Sequence record: OX461087
DNA length: 48,435 nt
Origin: Escherichia phage EcoIv28_Lewi
Strand: one strand, 5' to 3'
Positions 1 through 9,500 of this stretch are shown in pieces; positions within the stretch are counted from its first letter, which is position 1, and the number at the start of each line of letters is the position of its first letter. Under the pieces are notes generated by a model that did not search any database, was not told where the DNA came from, and saw only the letters and a list, made by a program, of their open reading frames with translations. The position numbers were made by a program, and so were the translations under genes.

Positions 1-300
1 GTGCACTTCAATTGTTGTTGGCAATTCAATCTCGATAGCTGAGCGCGATGCCTGCCACGCCATCCATACAAGGTTTGTTTGATGGCATTTGTACTGCTGG
101 CCATCCCATTCAGTCATTGGATATTCCGTGCGCCATAAATCAAATCCTGTTTCTTCCTTAATCCACTCTTCAAACTGCTCTCTACTCGTCATCTTCACTT
201 CCTCCACTATCCATCCCATCTTTCTACGGTTACTGGCAATAAACTCATCTGATGTTACAAACAGAGTTCTGCCAGATTTATGCTTAATAGCCCATCTCAT
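1..300 (-). CDS. hypothetical protein, C-terminus beyond window start (partial)
   Basis: Minus-strand ORF from ATG ~300 running to position 1 with no stop; GAGGA-like RBS upstream; protein-like composition (MRWAIKHKSGRTLFVTSDEF...). Confidence 0.4.
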   Translation of the reverse strand, partial: MRWAIKHKSGRTLFVTSDEFIASNRRKMGWIVEEVKMTSREQFEEWIKEETGFDLWRTEYPMTEWDGQQYKCHQTNLVWMAWQASRSAIEIELPTTIEVH

Positions 301-425
301 TTAGTACATCCTCAGCAAGTTTGCGGAACATGATTTGCACTCTTGCCACCTTGCGCCACTCAGCCTCGGTGAGAATTACATCTTCCTGCTGCGGCATTCC
401 AGACATTTCGCATGGTGGCAGCAGC

Positions 426-914
426 TCATACTCTTGCTTCTTGCGTTTTGCTTTCCCCATGCTGACCTCTTGCGCTGCGAAGAAGTGAATTAAACAGGTT
501 GCTCACATTTACTTCCTGCTCCTGCCATGAGTAACGCCACAGCTTCTTGTGGTGGTCATAGCTTCGCGTCACGTCACCGTTATGAAACATAATGCGGATG
601 CGGCTTTTCACGATTCGGTAATCAATGCCAGTGGATGCGCTGATTTCCTTCACCTCTGCGCCAGCGTTATCAATCAAGTGGCACTTAATAGCATCATCAA
701 TGCCCGCAGCATCATCAGAGATGAAATACTTGTACTGCCACTTATCACCGCGAATCACTGACTTCTCGCGGCGAATAAAGCCAAGCGCGAGCATCTCATG
801 CAGGCGATGCGTAGTTGTGCTTGAATGCTTCCCTCCGCAATGCTTCTCAATGTATGCACGCGTTGCGCCGGGATGCATCATAATCACGCGCATGATTTGC
901 GATTTATAGTCCAT
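426..914 (-). CDS. hypothetical protein (~162 aa)
   Basis: Track ORF 426..968; start moved to internal ATG (M19) that overlaps the stop of the upstream gene by a few nt. Confidence 0.5.
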   Translation of the reverse strand: MDYKSQIMRVIMMHPGATRAYIEKHCGGKHSSTTTHRLHEMLALGFIRREKSVIRGDKWQYKYFISDDAAGIDDAIKCHLIDNAGAEVKEISASTGIDYRIVKSRIRIMFHNGDVTRSYDHHKKLWRYSWQEQEVNVSNLFNSLLRSARGQHGESKTQEARV

Positions 915-1149
915 AATCACGCTCCTCTGCTGCCTGATTGAAGTCATTGGCGGTGTAGAGGTGTCCACCTCTTGTGTTCCATTGCGTAGCCGCTGCCAAC
1001 TTAGTTACATGAACATCACTTGAGCATCCGCACGCACACATGGCGAAATACATCCCATCATCGTTATATAATTTAACTTCGGTACTACCACAGAATGGGC
1101 ACTCAAGCAGCCCTTCTGTGTTCATCATCGGCATATGTGGCGCTGTCAT
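904..1149 (-). CDS. Lar-family-like zinc-ribbon protein (putative restriction alleviation)
   Basis: Track ORF 904..1158; motif LECPFCG...CACGC...WNTR resembles the Lar restriction-alleviation zinc ribbon; GGGGAG RBS before internal ATG. Confidence 0.5.
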   Translation of the reverse strand: MTAPHMPMMNTEGLLECPFCGSTEVKLYNDDGMYFAMCACGCSSDVHVTKLAAATQWNTRGGHLYTANDFNQAAEERDYGL

Positions 1150-1340
1150 TTTAACCACTCCCCTAGATTATTAAATTTAGGCGCATCACCAGACCAGTCG
1201 ATAACATCTTTCTGCTGACTGCGCTTGCGCTGCAGGCGGTTGCGCACTTCCCGCAGTTCGCATTCCAGCCATTCGCGAGTACGATCAACTTCATTAAGTC
1301 GCTGGATTAGCGAGTTTTCGTACAGTTCGTCATGCGCCAT
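1146..1340 (-). CDS. hypothetical protein (64 aa)
   Basis: Track ORF; ATGA overlap with downstream gene; charged coiled-coil-like sequence. Confidence 0.45.
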   Translation of the reverse strand: MAHDELYENSLIQRLNEVDRTREWLECELREVRNRLQRKRSQQKDVIDWSGDAPKFNNLGEWLK

Positions 1341-1400
1341 TTATAATTTCTCCCGTAGAATTTGATAACAACGTGCTCAACGCACAGATAACCTTCATCC

Positions 1401-1598
1401 TCAACCGTTACTGGTTGAACTATAAACCACCGCAGATATAAGTTCGTCAGCCTTTTCACGACCTGCAACCTCCGCTTCAAGCGCCAGTGAACACATGGCA
1501 GTTTCCACATACTTAATGGTATCTTCGCGAACGTTAAGGATTTCCATAACCTCGCGCACCTCTTTCTGATATCTCGCTGCTATTTCTTTGTATCGCAT
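1401..1598 (-). CDS. hypothetical protein (~65 aa)
   Basis: Track ORF 1401..1628 trimmed to internal ATG (M11) preceded by AAGGTG RBS. Confidence 0.4.
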   Translation of the reverse strand: MRYKEIAARYQKEVREVMEILNVREDTIKYVETAMCSLALEAEVAGREKADELISAVVYSSTSNG

Positions 1599-1625
1599 TT
1601 CCACATCACCTTTTTCGTTGTGGTA

Positions 1626-1664
1626 CAATCTACGTCAATAAGTATTGACTAAATGATGTAGATT
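1626..1664. promoter_or_regulatory. divergent promoter region (TTGACG/TAGATT motifs on both strands)
   Basis: Minus-strand TTGACGTAGATTG and plus-strand TTGACT...TGTAGATTGG sit between divergently oriented gene blocks. Confidence 0.4.
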
Positions 1665-1698
1665 GGTCAACAATAATTTTCTAAAAGGAGTAGTAAAT

Positions 1699-1905
1699 AT
1701 GCCAAGACCACGACGCGAGCCGATGGACATTATCACCAGCATTGTGGAGAAGCGGCAGCCGCTGACACTCCGTGATGTTCGCTACTTTGCCCGTTGCTAT
1801 GTGGCACTGGCTGATATGCCTAAAGATGATATGTATGATTTGATTCGGGCCAATTTTAATGTTGATGAAAATAATCGGGTGACGATGAAGGGGGATGAGA
1901 AATGA
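1699..1905 (+). CDS. hypothetical protein (68 aa)
   Basis: Track ORF 1663..1905 trimmed to ATG preceded by AAAGGAG RBS. Confidence 0.5.
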   Translation: MPRPRREPMDIITSIVEKRQPLTLRDVRYFARCYVALADMPKDDMYDLIRANFNVDENNRVTMKGDEK

Positions 1906-2414
1906 GGCATAGGAGAGATGAGCCGAGCAGGGAGTTTATATTGAGTTACCTTGACTACAATCCACTAACTGGGGAATTTAAATGGCTAAAGACAAGGAAT
2001 AGGATTGCAGAAAAAGGGAGTGTGGCTGGCTACTTAAAGCCAGATGGATATGTGCAAATAATTCTTTGCGGTAGGGCTTTTCTTGCTCACAGATTGGCAT
2101 GGATATGCATTCATGGTGCACCAGCAAGTGAAATGATTGACCACATCAATGGCATTCGCAATGACAACAGGGCATGCAATTTAAGGGAGGCCAGCAAATT
2201 TGAGAATAGCCATAACAAAGCAATGAACAAAAACAACACTAGCGGTATCAAGGGGGTTAACTGGAGTTCATCACACAACAAGTGGCATGCAAGAGTTGGA
2301 GTAAATGGCAAAAGATTCACAGTTGGTTACTTTTCCGACATAAGAGAAGCGGAAGCAAAAATAAAAGAATTCAGGAGAATGCATCACAATGAGTTCACAA
2401 ATCACGGGCGATAA
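1902..2414 (+). CDS. HNH homing endonuclease with C-terminal AP2 domain
   Basis: Motif DHINGIRNDNRACNLRE (HNH) followed by an AP2-like segment (GIKGVNW...WHARV...GYF...EAE); ATGA overlap with upstream gene. Confidence 0.8.
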   Translation: MRHRRDEPSREFILSYLDYNPLTGEFKWLKTRNRIAEKGSVAGYLKPDGYVQIILCGRAFLAHRLAWICIHGAPASEMIDHINGIRNDNRACNLREASKFENSHNKAMNKNNTSGIKGVNWSSSHNKWHARVGVNGKRFTVGYFSDIREAEAKIKEFRRMHHNEFTNHGR

Positions 2415-2691
2415 GAGCCATACTGACACAATAGAGCGGCTCATCACTGATCGCGGTAGCCGCTATGGCAAATTCAAAGATGGCGCTGAAATTATGCAGG
2501 AACTGAAAGATGTGATGCGCGAAGTGGATGGCTGGCACAACCTGACGCCAAGCCAGCGCGAGGCGCTCGACATGATTCAGCACAAGATTGGGCGCATCCT
2601 GAATGGCGACCCGACCTATGATGACAGTTGGAAAGATATTGCTGGCTATGCAACGCTAATTGTTAATGAACTGAATGGAGAGATTAAATAA
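2389..2691 (+). CDS. hypothetical protein (100 aa)
   Basis: Track ORF; overlaps end of HNH gene; ends with TAATG overlap into the next gene. Confidence 0.55.
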   Translation: MSSQITGDKSHTDTIERLITDRGSRYGKFKDGAEIMQELKDVMREVDGWHNLTPSQREALDMIQHKIGRILNGDPTYDDSWKDIAGYATLIVNELNGEIK

Positions 2692-2912
2692 TGTCAATTC
2701 TCAATAATGGGTGTGATGAAGACAAAGTTTGGCTCCACGTTGAAAGAGTCGATGATAAAATTCGCGTTGTTGATCAGGATGGTAGGATCGTTGGTGGTTG
2801 CGTCCGCTTGATTCTTGATGTAGACGCCGAAGAGATTACCAAGTTAACAATCACTGTTGAGTGTGCATCACGCGACGTGGATGGAAAAATCAAATTAAAC
2901 GTAAGAGGCTAA
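2691..2912 (+). CDS. hypothetical protein (73 aa)
   Basis: Track ORF, translationally coupled to neighbours. Confidence 0.5.
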   Translation: MSILNNGCDEDKVWLHVERVDDKIRVVDQDGRIVGGCVRLILDVDAEEITKLTITVECASRDVDGKIKLNVRG

Positions 2913-2913
2913 T

Positions 2914-3219
2914 ATGTTCACAGACATCACCATCGCGCAACGAAACGCGAACTATACCAACATTGCTGACACTTCAGCACAACTGGTATCACTAAACAGC
3001 GACGGCAGCGCAGTGCTGAAAATCGGCACCGAAACGGCGCAATTCATCGTGCAGAATCTGTCACAGGCGAACGCAAAGCAGGTGCTGATTAGCACGGGTA
3101 GCGTGCTGTTTCTGGCAGGTAATTACAATGCACCGAATCTTGAGTGTTCACTGGTGCGCATCGTTGAAGCTACGGTTGAGGAATCTGTTGATGAGCCAAC
3201 AACATTGCCAGCAGAGTGA
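2914..3219 (+). CDS. hypothetical protein (101 aa)
   Basis: Track ORF in the same operon. Confidence 0.5.
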   Translation: MFTDITIAQRNANYTNIADTSAQLVSLNSDGSAVLKIGTETAQFIVQNLSQANAKQVLISTGSVLFLAGNYNAPNLECSLVRIVEATVEESVDEPTTLPAE

Positions 3220-3351
3220 GTCATCAAAACCATCTGCATGGTGTGAGCAAATGGAGCGCAATGCGAAAGATGGTGATGAGGCGTATGCTTATTTTCAGCT
3301 GAAGCAGATGTGGAAGCAGCGAGAAAGTTCTGAGCAGGCCAGTTAAACATA

Positions 3352-3376
3352 AAGCCCCATTGCGGGGCTTTTTTCA
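3352..3376 (+). terminator. rho-independent terminator
   Basis: Hairpin AGCCCC-ATTG-CGGGGCT followed by TTTTTT at the convergence of the plus and minus blocks. Confidence 0.6.
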
Positions 3377-3715
3377 TCCCTTAAACTTTATCCAGCCGAA
3401 CATCCTGACACCAAGCCACATAACGCCAGCCCTCAGCGATGACACTCCGCTATCCTTCAGCGCCTGCCTGAAGCAATCATCAGCGAAATTCCTGTCCGAA
3501 TGGGTGGCGTACAGATAATCATGAACGGCTGCTGCTTTTTGCCCCACGTCACCAATAAAAGCGAACAGGTAAGGAAGTCGCGGGACACTGGCAAAATCAG
3601 TGCGAAATCCTGCTGGCACTTTTATTTCCTGATGCCGAAACTCATAGATTAGCGGGTCAACCAGCGTCCACGTTGAGTTTTTGTTCAGCTTGACGATAAG
3701 GTCGGATTTGAACAT
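3374..3715 (-). CDS. DUF1353-like protein
   Basis: Motif VPAGFRTDFASVPR typical of DUF1353; last gene of the lysis cassette. Confidence 0.55.
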   Translation of the reverse strand: MFKSDLIVKLNKNSTWTLVDPLIYEFRHQEIKVPAGFRTDFASVPRLPYLFAFIGDVGQKAAAVHDYLYATHSDRNFADDCFRQALKDSGVSSLRAGVMWLGVRMFGWIKFKG

Positions 3716-4204
3716 TTATTTTTGTCTCCTTGTCAGTGATTCGTATTGCTTCTGGCAGGTCAATCCTGCTTCTCTTGCCCTGTCAGCGTAATCTGCCAGC
3801 TGTCTATTTCTTTCGATAGACTTTGCGAGCACGTCCGCAAGCAAAACTCCGGTTTCTGCGGCTGGATTGCCAATGGACTCAGCGGTGGAATATCCGACGA
3901 GCTGCTTGCGGATATTTGCGAGCTGTTGCTGCAACCTGCCAGACTTAGCAGCAGCATTAATAGCATCATTGCGCGCAGCATCAATCCTTTGCTGTGCGTC
4001 GGCCTGAATCTTTTGTAGTTCCGCATTGCGTCGTTGCTCCTCTTGTTCGTCTGCGGCCTTCTGTTCTGCAATTGCTTGAGCTTTGCCTTCTGCGTATCGC
4101 TGGTCGCCGTAGCTGATGATTTCGCTGCGCGCCCACAGCGCGCCAGCAGCAACAATTATAATAATTGCCAGCGGTCGCCAGTGTTTAGCGAGAATCGACA
4201 TCAT
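3716..4204 (-). CDS. Rz: i-spanin (Rz-like)
   Basis: N-terminal transmembrane segment then a long charged coiled coil; directly downstream of holin and endolysin. Confidence 0.7.
   Translation of the reverse strand: MMSILAKHWRPLAIIIIVAAGALWARSEIISYGDQRYAEGKAQAIAEQKAADEQEEQRRNAELQKIQADAQQRIDAARNDAINAAAKSGRLQQQLANIRKQLVGYSTAESIGNPAAETGVLLADVLAKSIERNRQLADYADRAREAGLTCQKQYESLTRRQK
3760..3981 (-). CDS. Rz1: o-spanin (Rz1-like lipoprotein) embedded in Rz in another frame
   Basis: Embedded ORF with signal peptide and lipobox (LSLAGC) followed by a proline-rich tail (SDIPPLSPLAIQPQKPEF). Confidence 0.65.
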   Translation of the reverse strand: MLRAMMLLMLLLSLAGCSNSSQISASSSSDIPPLSPLAIQPQKPEFCLRTCSQSLSKEIDSWQITLTGQEKQD

Positions 4205-4424
4205 TGCGCAGCTTCCGGTTTTCCTTTCTCATACCGTGCATTTTGCCGAGAATGCCAACCAGCATGATTGAGTAGCTCACCCCTTTAACCACGATTGGTG
4301 GCAGCGCCGCTTTCAGGTCGTCCGGCATCATTACCCATACATGCATCATTGCATCAGGCCATAGCTGCAACAGCGAGCAGAATGAAATCCATGCCCCGAG
4401 CAGCCAGTTGCTTAGCTTTTTCAT
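4185..4424 (-). CDS. holin
   Basis: 79 aa, two hydrophobic segments, charged C-terminus, sits between endolysin and spanins. Confidence 0.6.
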   Translation of the reverse strand: MKKLSNWLLGAWISFCSLLQLWPDAMMHVWVMMPDDLKAALPPIVVKGVSYSIMLVGILGKMHGMRKENRKLRNDVDSR

Positions 4425-4861
4425 TGCCCCATATACATAGCGCGCTCTGCGTTACGCCTCCGTGTCAGGCCATTCATAACTTTACCAGCAGCGCGATTCC
4501 ATACGAGGAACTGGCTGGCGGCACAGGTGTAGCACTTCTCGTTATGCTTACGTAGCAGGGTTGATTTGCGGAAATTGCCAAGACCAATATTGTATGCCAG
4601 TGACACCATTGCATCGAATTGCGACTGAGTGGTTGGCGCGGTTAACAGCGCCGATACGCCATCCTCAAACTTCTTCACGTCACTATCCAGCCATGCGTTA
4701 GCCATTTCCTGTGTTACCGTCATTCCGGGCTTCACGTCTGCGCCAGTATGACCATAACCGGCGGTCCACGGTGCGCCACCTGTAGCTGGGTCAGGATAAG
4801 CGCGTAGCTCAAGCCCTTCAAACGACTTAATGAGTTCTTTGCCCCGTTGCGATAGTTTCAT
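4421..4861 (-). CDS. endolysin (phage lysozyme)
   Basis: Motif FEGLELRAYPDP...GYGHTG typical of phage lysozymes (GH24-like). Confidence 0.85.
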   Translation of the reverse strand: MKLSQRGKELIKSFEGLELRAYPDPATGGAPWTAGYGHTGADVKPGMTVTQEMANAWLDSDVKKFEDGVSALLTAPTTQSQFDAMVSLAYNIGLGNFRKSTLLRKHNEKCYTCAASQFLVWNRAAGKVMNGLTRRRNAERAMYMGQ

Positions 4862-4905
4862 TCTGCCTCCTGTTCAAATAATGATTAATTCTATCACAAC
4901 AGGTA

Positions 4906-4940
4906 TTGACGTAGATTGAGCGGTGGTGCATAGTATCTAC
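4906..4940. promoter_or_regulatory. divergent promoter/operator region
   Basis: TTGACGTAGATTGAG then TAGTAT; contains inverted repeat GTAGAT-N18-ATCTAC; lies between the lysis cassette (minus) and a plus-strand block. Confidence 0.4.
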
Positions 4941-4966
4941 ATCAAGTTATGAGTGAGGAAGAAAAC

Positions 4967-5110
4967 ATGGTAATGGTCAAATTCAAAGAAAACGGACGCT
5001 GCGGAGTGTTCAACCTTGAGCAAATCAAAATCCGTCCGTGCGGAAAGGTGGTTGCGCCATTTGGTCTGGTGCAGATGCGTGAATGCGAGATTGTGGAGTA
5101 TATCAAATGA
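4967..5110 (+). CDS. small hypothetical protein (47 aa)
   Basis: ATG with GAGTGAGG RBS; stop overlaps next ATG (ATGA); below track size cutoff. Confidence 0.35.
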   Translation: MVMVKFKENGRCGVFNLEQIKIRPCGKVVAPFGLVQMRECEIVEYIK

Positions 5111-5403
5111 CTGACAATAATAATCAGTATTCAGAGCGAGATATAGTGGAACTTGATGAATCTGGTGGCTTTTATTCCCAGCATGTTAGCGCCATGACTT
5201 CTGAATCACTGCATTCTAAATCATCTATTGCTGCTGAGTTAGCATATCGCGACATGCTTATTAACGAGTTAGTTATTGCCATACAACAAGTAATTGAATG
5301 CTACGATTCTGTGGATGGTAAAGTCTGGACAACATCAAGCAAGCGTCGCGCTCTGGATAATGCACGTGCGGCGGTTAATAAGGCGTTAGGGGAAACAAAA
5401 TGA
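5107..5403 (+). CDS. hypothetical protein (98 aa)
   Basis: Track ORF 5083..5403 trimmed to ATG coupled to the upstream small ORF. Confidence 0.5.
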   Translation: MTDNNNQYSERDIVELDESGGFYSQHVSAMTSESLHSKSSIAAELAYRDMLINELVIAIQQVIECYDSVDGKVWTTSSKRRALDNARAAVNKALGETK

Positions 5404-6002
5404 AACTTATCGACCTGTTAGTTCAAGAATTGCCTAAGCGTGGTGGTTGGCCTGATGGTGCGGAATACTGTCATCTAACACAATATGATCGCCACTGCTT
5501 AACTATTGTTTTTTCCCACAGACAAGTTGGCACAGGAAATAATTCAATAACATCAAAGGAAGAAATGGTTTTTTCTGGTATTGGTTTCCTTGGCGATACA
5601 TTGTATGGGTGCATAGTTACAGCTAAAGAATACGAATCAGCGTTATCGGCTTTGCAAAGGCCAGCATGGAACGGCGAAGGCCTACCGCCAGTTGGGTGTG
5701 AGTGTGAGTGCCATGTTGATGAGGGTGTAATTCATTGCATTGTTGTTGGTTATGATTTTGATGGAAAGGCCGTTGTAATGCGCAACGTTCCTGCCCGCAA
5801 ATACTTCTCCATTCAGGCTAACTCAGGGCGCATAAAGCCACTACGCACTGAAGCGGAAAGGAAGCGAGATGCTGCGGCTGAGGCTATTGATTGGTATATG
5901 CCTGAATTTATCCCTGACACACCAAATGATTATTATCACGCAAAGAAAATTTACGACGCCATCGCAGCAGGCAAGATTCCCGGCGTGAAACTGGAGGGTT
6001 AA
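5400..6002 (+). CDS. hypothetical protein (200 aa)
   Basis: Track ORF, ATGA overlap with upstream gene. Confidence 0.55.
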   Translation: MKLIDLLVQELPKRGGWPDGAEYCHLTQYDRHCLTIVFSHRQVGTGNNSITSKEEMVFSGIGFLGDTLYGCIVTAKEYESALSALQRPAWNGEGLPPVGCECECHVDEGVIHCIVVGYDFDGKAVVMRNVPARKYFSIQANSGRIKPLRTEAERKRDAAAEAIDWYMPEFIPDTPNDYYHAKKIYDAIAAGKIPGVKLEG

Positions 6003-6004
6003 TT

Positions 6005-6238
6005 ATGTTTCCTGAGAAAATAAATATTGCTATAACACACTGGAAAACCTCTGACGGCAATGTGTTTACTGACCAGTCTGCAGCAAAGATTCATCAAGCT
6101 GTTATTGATGGTGATGCGCGAATTTGCCCTAAATGTAATGGCACTGGAATGGTTGATCCATATGGTGATGGAAGGACTGAGTTTCCATGCCAAGAATGCA
6201 CAGGAGGATACCAATTTAAAAGTGAGACGTGGCGGTGA
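6005..6238 (+). CDS. small zinc-binding protein (two CxxC pairs)
   Basis: CPKCNG...CQEC motif. Confidence 0.5.
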   Translation: MFPEKINIAITHWKTSDGNVFTDQSAAKIHQAVIDGDARICPKCNGTGMVDPYGDGRTEFPCQECTGGYQFKSETWR

Positions 6239-6318
6239 TTAAAACAATATTCAGCGTCGTAGAGATATTGTGCTATGCGATAATAATATTTGTTCTGTGC
6301 ATGCTGATAAGATAAACC

Positions 6319-6346
6319 AAGCCCTCACTTAGAGGGCTTTTTGTTG
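6319..6346. terminator. bidirectional rho-independent terminator
   Basis: Hairpin AAGCCCTC-ACTT-AGAGGGCTT plus T-run; overlaps the stop of the head morphogenesis gene. Confidence 0.55.
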
Positions 6347-7290
6347 TGAGCTGAAAGCCACTTATCTCTTGCTGATATCATCCTTTCAAGAGAGGATTCA
6401 AGCATGATTACATTGCCATTTTCATCTAACATGCATGGTGTTTGCGCACAGTGGCAGCGATAGCGATTTCCGTCCTTTGAGTAAAACTCCTCTACTTCCT
6501 CTGGGCTAAAAGCGCGTGCGTGTCTGGCTGAGTGTGTGGCGCGGGTGGTTTTTAATAATGCCGAAACCCAAAAGAGCGCACTATTTAGCCCCAAAATAAT
6601 CTTTGATTCCTGAACTTCGTCAGACTGCGACTTGCGTAAAATTCCTGTAAGCTCGGTTTGGGCAATATTTTTTGCTCGTGATTCACTTACACCGACGCGC
6701 TTAATGATGTCTGACTCAATATCTCTCGGATTAGAACCAACGGCGATAGCATTCATGATCACTTGAGACAAATCATTTCTCGCCGCATCGCCAATGCCAA
6801 CCCAATCACTGTAAGTGGTGGCATTGGCAATAGATAGCCGCTGCAAATATGGCTCCGAGTAAATAATGTCTGCAATTGAACGGCGCTCAGCATATAGTGG
6901 AGACATGGCTGCCAGTTGTTGTTGCGCCTCGACCGTACCAGCTGAATAGGCGTCAGAGACATAAATTGACATCCAGAACTGACCTGCATTCATCGGCTGT
7001 GTGTCGTCAAGCAGGATTTCATCAATTAGCTGTTGTAATGCCTCATTGAATTGAGCTGCCCGAGCAGCTGAAAAATCATACCTGTAACCATAGGCATCAA
7101 TGGAGTTAATTGCGGCAAATGGGATTGACCTGAATAAGTCTATGACTGACGATTTAAGGCGCTTGTATCGCGCCTCAATCTGTTTGTTTGCCTTGCTTAG
7201 TCTCCTGTTAGCTCCAACAGGGTCTGTTTTGCTGGTTGGTATTTTCGGACCAACCAGTCTGGCACTAACCTTAAAGATTTTGATTTTCAT
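6325..7290 (-). CDS. head morphogenesis protein (SPP1 gp7 / Mu F-like minor capsid protein)
   Basis: Resemblance to the phage head morphogenesis family; directly downstream of portal; start trimmed to ATG overlapping the portal 3' end. Confidence 0.7.
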   Translation of the reverse strand: MKIKIFKVSARLVGPKIPTSKTDPVGANRRLSKANKQIEARYKRLKSSVIDLFRSIPFAAINSIDAYGYRYDFSAARAAQFNEALQQLIDEILLDDTQPMNAGQFWMSIYVSDAYSAGTVEAQQQLAAMSPLYAERRSIADIIYSEPYLQRLSIANATTYSDWVGIGDAARNDLSQVIMNAIAVGSNPRDIESDIIKRVGVSESRAKNIAQTELTGILRKSQSDEVQESKIILGLNSALFWVSALLKTTRATHSARHARAFSPEEVEEFYSKDGNRYRCHCAQTPCMLDENGNVIMLESSLERMISARDKWLSAHNKKPSK

Positions 7291-8674
7291 CGTCAGGATT
7301 ACCCTCAGTGACGATCTGAAGTTCTTCAATCGGCTCCATACCAACCATGCCTCTGGCTTCATCCACGGTCAGCAACGCAGATTGACCAGCATCAAAGAAC
7401 GACTTGTTCGCAGTGGCGAGCTTAGTCAGCAACTCGGCTTTATCCAGTTCAGATGGGGCAAGAAGGTCATCCCACTTAACCTTGTAGCCGTTTGCCGGGG
7501 CTTTATCGACAATGCCGAACTGAATCATGCGCTCAACAAACATTGAAATGACATAATCAACCCACGTCTCGCGGCGCTGTTTGGCAGTCATCGCCTCCTG
7601 CATCTTGTCTTCATCGCTCGCAAGGCGTCCAGTTTGCTGGCCAAAAATGACGGTGAACGGAAGTGCCATTGATGCAGCGAACTGATTGGCAGCCACTTCC
7701 CATGTTGGTTTCGGGTCAGCTGGCGTTACGGATAACACCTGAGTCTCTGCGCCCATGCTAAATAGTGCGGCGTCAATGCCAGAATTCAGCATCTCGATGT
7801 TATCGTTCATGATATCAATAAGTTCATCCTGAGATACACCCATCGACTGCGCAAGGCTTGCTGGTGTTACGTTGTCCTTCGTATAGTTAACGGCAAGTTG
7901 ACGGCTTGCGTTCTTCAGGAAGCCTTCCGCAGAACTACCGGAAACTTTAGCCATGTCGATAAGGCTGTTGTAGCCAGCGCGTAGCATCGGGATGCCACTG
8001 AACATACTGCCATCGAAGCTGCCCTCTGCCAGAATGATAATGCGGTCAGGATGAATCTGCACGGAACGCTCAGGTTTACCATCGCTGTCGAAGTCTTCCA
8101 CGGCGCTTTCCTGATATTCGTACATCTCAGGCATTCCGTAGTCTTCGCTGGTTTCGTCGTTATTCCACGCGCTAACGCGGAGCTGTTCTTCCCATACCGG
8201 AATGAAGCGAACGATGGATTTATCTTTAATGCGGCGGGTTTTGGTGACGTCTACAGGCTCACTCCACTGCTTACCATCGCGGATTTGCAGGATGACAGCA
8301 GAGTAACGGTTGATGGCGTTGCGCTTGTCAGCTTCCTTGATGAACGGGTATGCGCGCTTCATCATGTCATTGATGGACAATTCCCACGGCGTTGAGTTCT
8401 TGTCATCCTCTCCATCTTCGACAACTTCTGGGTATTTCTGCCAGCATTTATTAATAATGCGGTTAATGCCAGCGGCGGCGGCTGGGTGTCGCTCGTATGC
8501 ATAGCGGAACATCTCGGCGGTGATTTCCTGCGGGTAGCCCAGCTCCTTCCACATGAACTCACGTTTCTGGTCCAAGTTCTTCCCACCAGCACAAAGCCGT
8601 TGTTGCTGAAGCGCCCGGTTATTGTTCGCCACGCGGTCGCGTATGTAGGCGTTTAGTGCATCAATTTTTGACAT
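7271..8674 (-). CDS. portal protein
   Basis: 467 aa, acidic C-terminus, position upstream of head morphogenesis gene. Confidence 0.8.
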   Translation of the reverse strand: MSKIDALNAYIRDRVANNNRALQQQRLCAGGKNLDQKREFMWKELGYPQEITAEMFRYAYERHPAAAAGINRIINKCWQKYPEVVEDGEDDKNSTPWELSINDMMKRAYPFIKEADKRNAINRYSAVILQIRDGKQWSEPVDVTKTRRIKDKSIVRFIPVWEEQLRVSAWNNDETSEDYGMPEMYEYQESAVEDFDSDGKPERSVQIHPDRIIILAEGSFDGSMFSGIPMLRAGYNSLIDMAKVSGSSAEGFLKNASRQLAVNYTKDNVTPASLAQSMGVSQDELIDIMNDNIEMLNSGIDAALFSMGAETQVLSVTPADPKPTWEVAANQFAASMALPFTVIFGQQTGRLASDEDKMQEAMTAKQRRETWVDYVISMFVERMIQFGIVDKAPANGYKVKWDDLLAPSELDKAELLTKLATANKSFFDAGQSALLTVDEARGMVGMEPIEELQIVTEGNPDDENQNL

Positions 8675-8679
8675 ATGTC

Positions 8680-8709
8680 ACCAATAAAAATCCCTCACGA
8701 TGGAGGGAT
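8680..8709 (-). terminator. rho-independent terminator-like hairpin just upstream of portal
   Basis: On minus strand ATCCCTCC-loop-GAGGGAT followed by TTTTATT. Confidence 0.45.
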
Positions 8710-8729
8710 TATAGCATGGGGATAGTGCC

Positions 8730-9107
8730 TTATTTTGATTTGCCTGATGACTTGGATATGAAATCCTCTAACTCTCCATCGCTAGTCTTCTGACGGTTAA
8801 GGAAAAATCTATCTGCTCCGAACTTACCCCGCTCCCTTTCATGTATCAGGTTACCGGTTTCGCGGATGGTTTCAGGCAATCCCTGCATGAATATGGCGGG
8901 AATGAACATGACCAAAATCAGAATTACTTTCCACCAGACTGAACAGAAATACTGAGCCTCGAGAATGTTTTTCTCTGGATGCCAGTAATATTCAATCTTT
9001 GCGCCAAATCTCTGCTTCCTCCTTGGTAGCATTTTGTTATGCTGCCTCCGCGTGACTGGTATTCTTATGAACCCATCATTACATGGATTTTTATATTTAT
9101 AAACCAT
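8730..9107 (-). CDS. hypothetical membrane-associated protein
   Basis: Track ORF 8730..9155 trimmed to ATG with GAGGTG RBS; hydrophobic segment. Confidence 0.45.
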   Translation of the reverse strand: MVYKYKNPCNDGFIRIPVTRRQHNKMLPRRKQRFGAKIEYYWHPEKNILEAQYFCSVWWKVILILVMFIPAIFMQGLPETIRETGNLIHERERGKFGADRFFLNRQKTSDGELEDFISKSSGKSK

Positions 9108-9281
9108 AATCACACCTCTATTTAAAACATTGATAAAGCAAGCATGGAACAACACCAGCTACCACAGCGAAAAATGAACCAACTATAAAGTGAATCCATC
9201 TTGGTTCATTCACTCCGGCAGCCATAGCCCACCAGAACATAAAGTTAAATGGAATCCAGAACGACCAGAATAGCGCCATCA

Positions 9282-9500
9282 CTACACCTCATCATCAACG
9301 AGCGATCTGAACCATGCGGGATATGACTTCGACCCGAGTTTATGGTCAATCTTCTGAATGTAACGCGCCGCGTCATCCAGTTTGTCGGAAATATAATAAA
9401 GCGACTTTCTTGCGCCAATAAGCATGACAGCGAATATCAGCATCACAATCAGGTGCGGGTTGATGATGCAGAACAGTATTGTTTTGACAGCTTTCATCAC
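9282..9500 (-). CDS. small membrane protein (72 aa)
   Basis: Track ORF; one hydrophobic helix. Confidence 0.4.
   Translation of the reverse strand: MMKAVKTILFCIINPHLIVMLIFAVMLIGARKSLYYISDKLDDAARYIQKIDHKLGSKSYPAWFRSLVDDEV

Noticed and set aside
89-304. 71-aa plus-strand ORF at window start
   Set aside because: Antisense to a minus-strand ORF that has an RBS and continues the minus-strand operon.
5690-5710. Short GTGTGAGTGTGAGTG repeat
   Set aside because: Lies inside a coding region and encodes CECEC; a trivial codon repeat.
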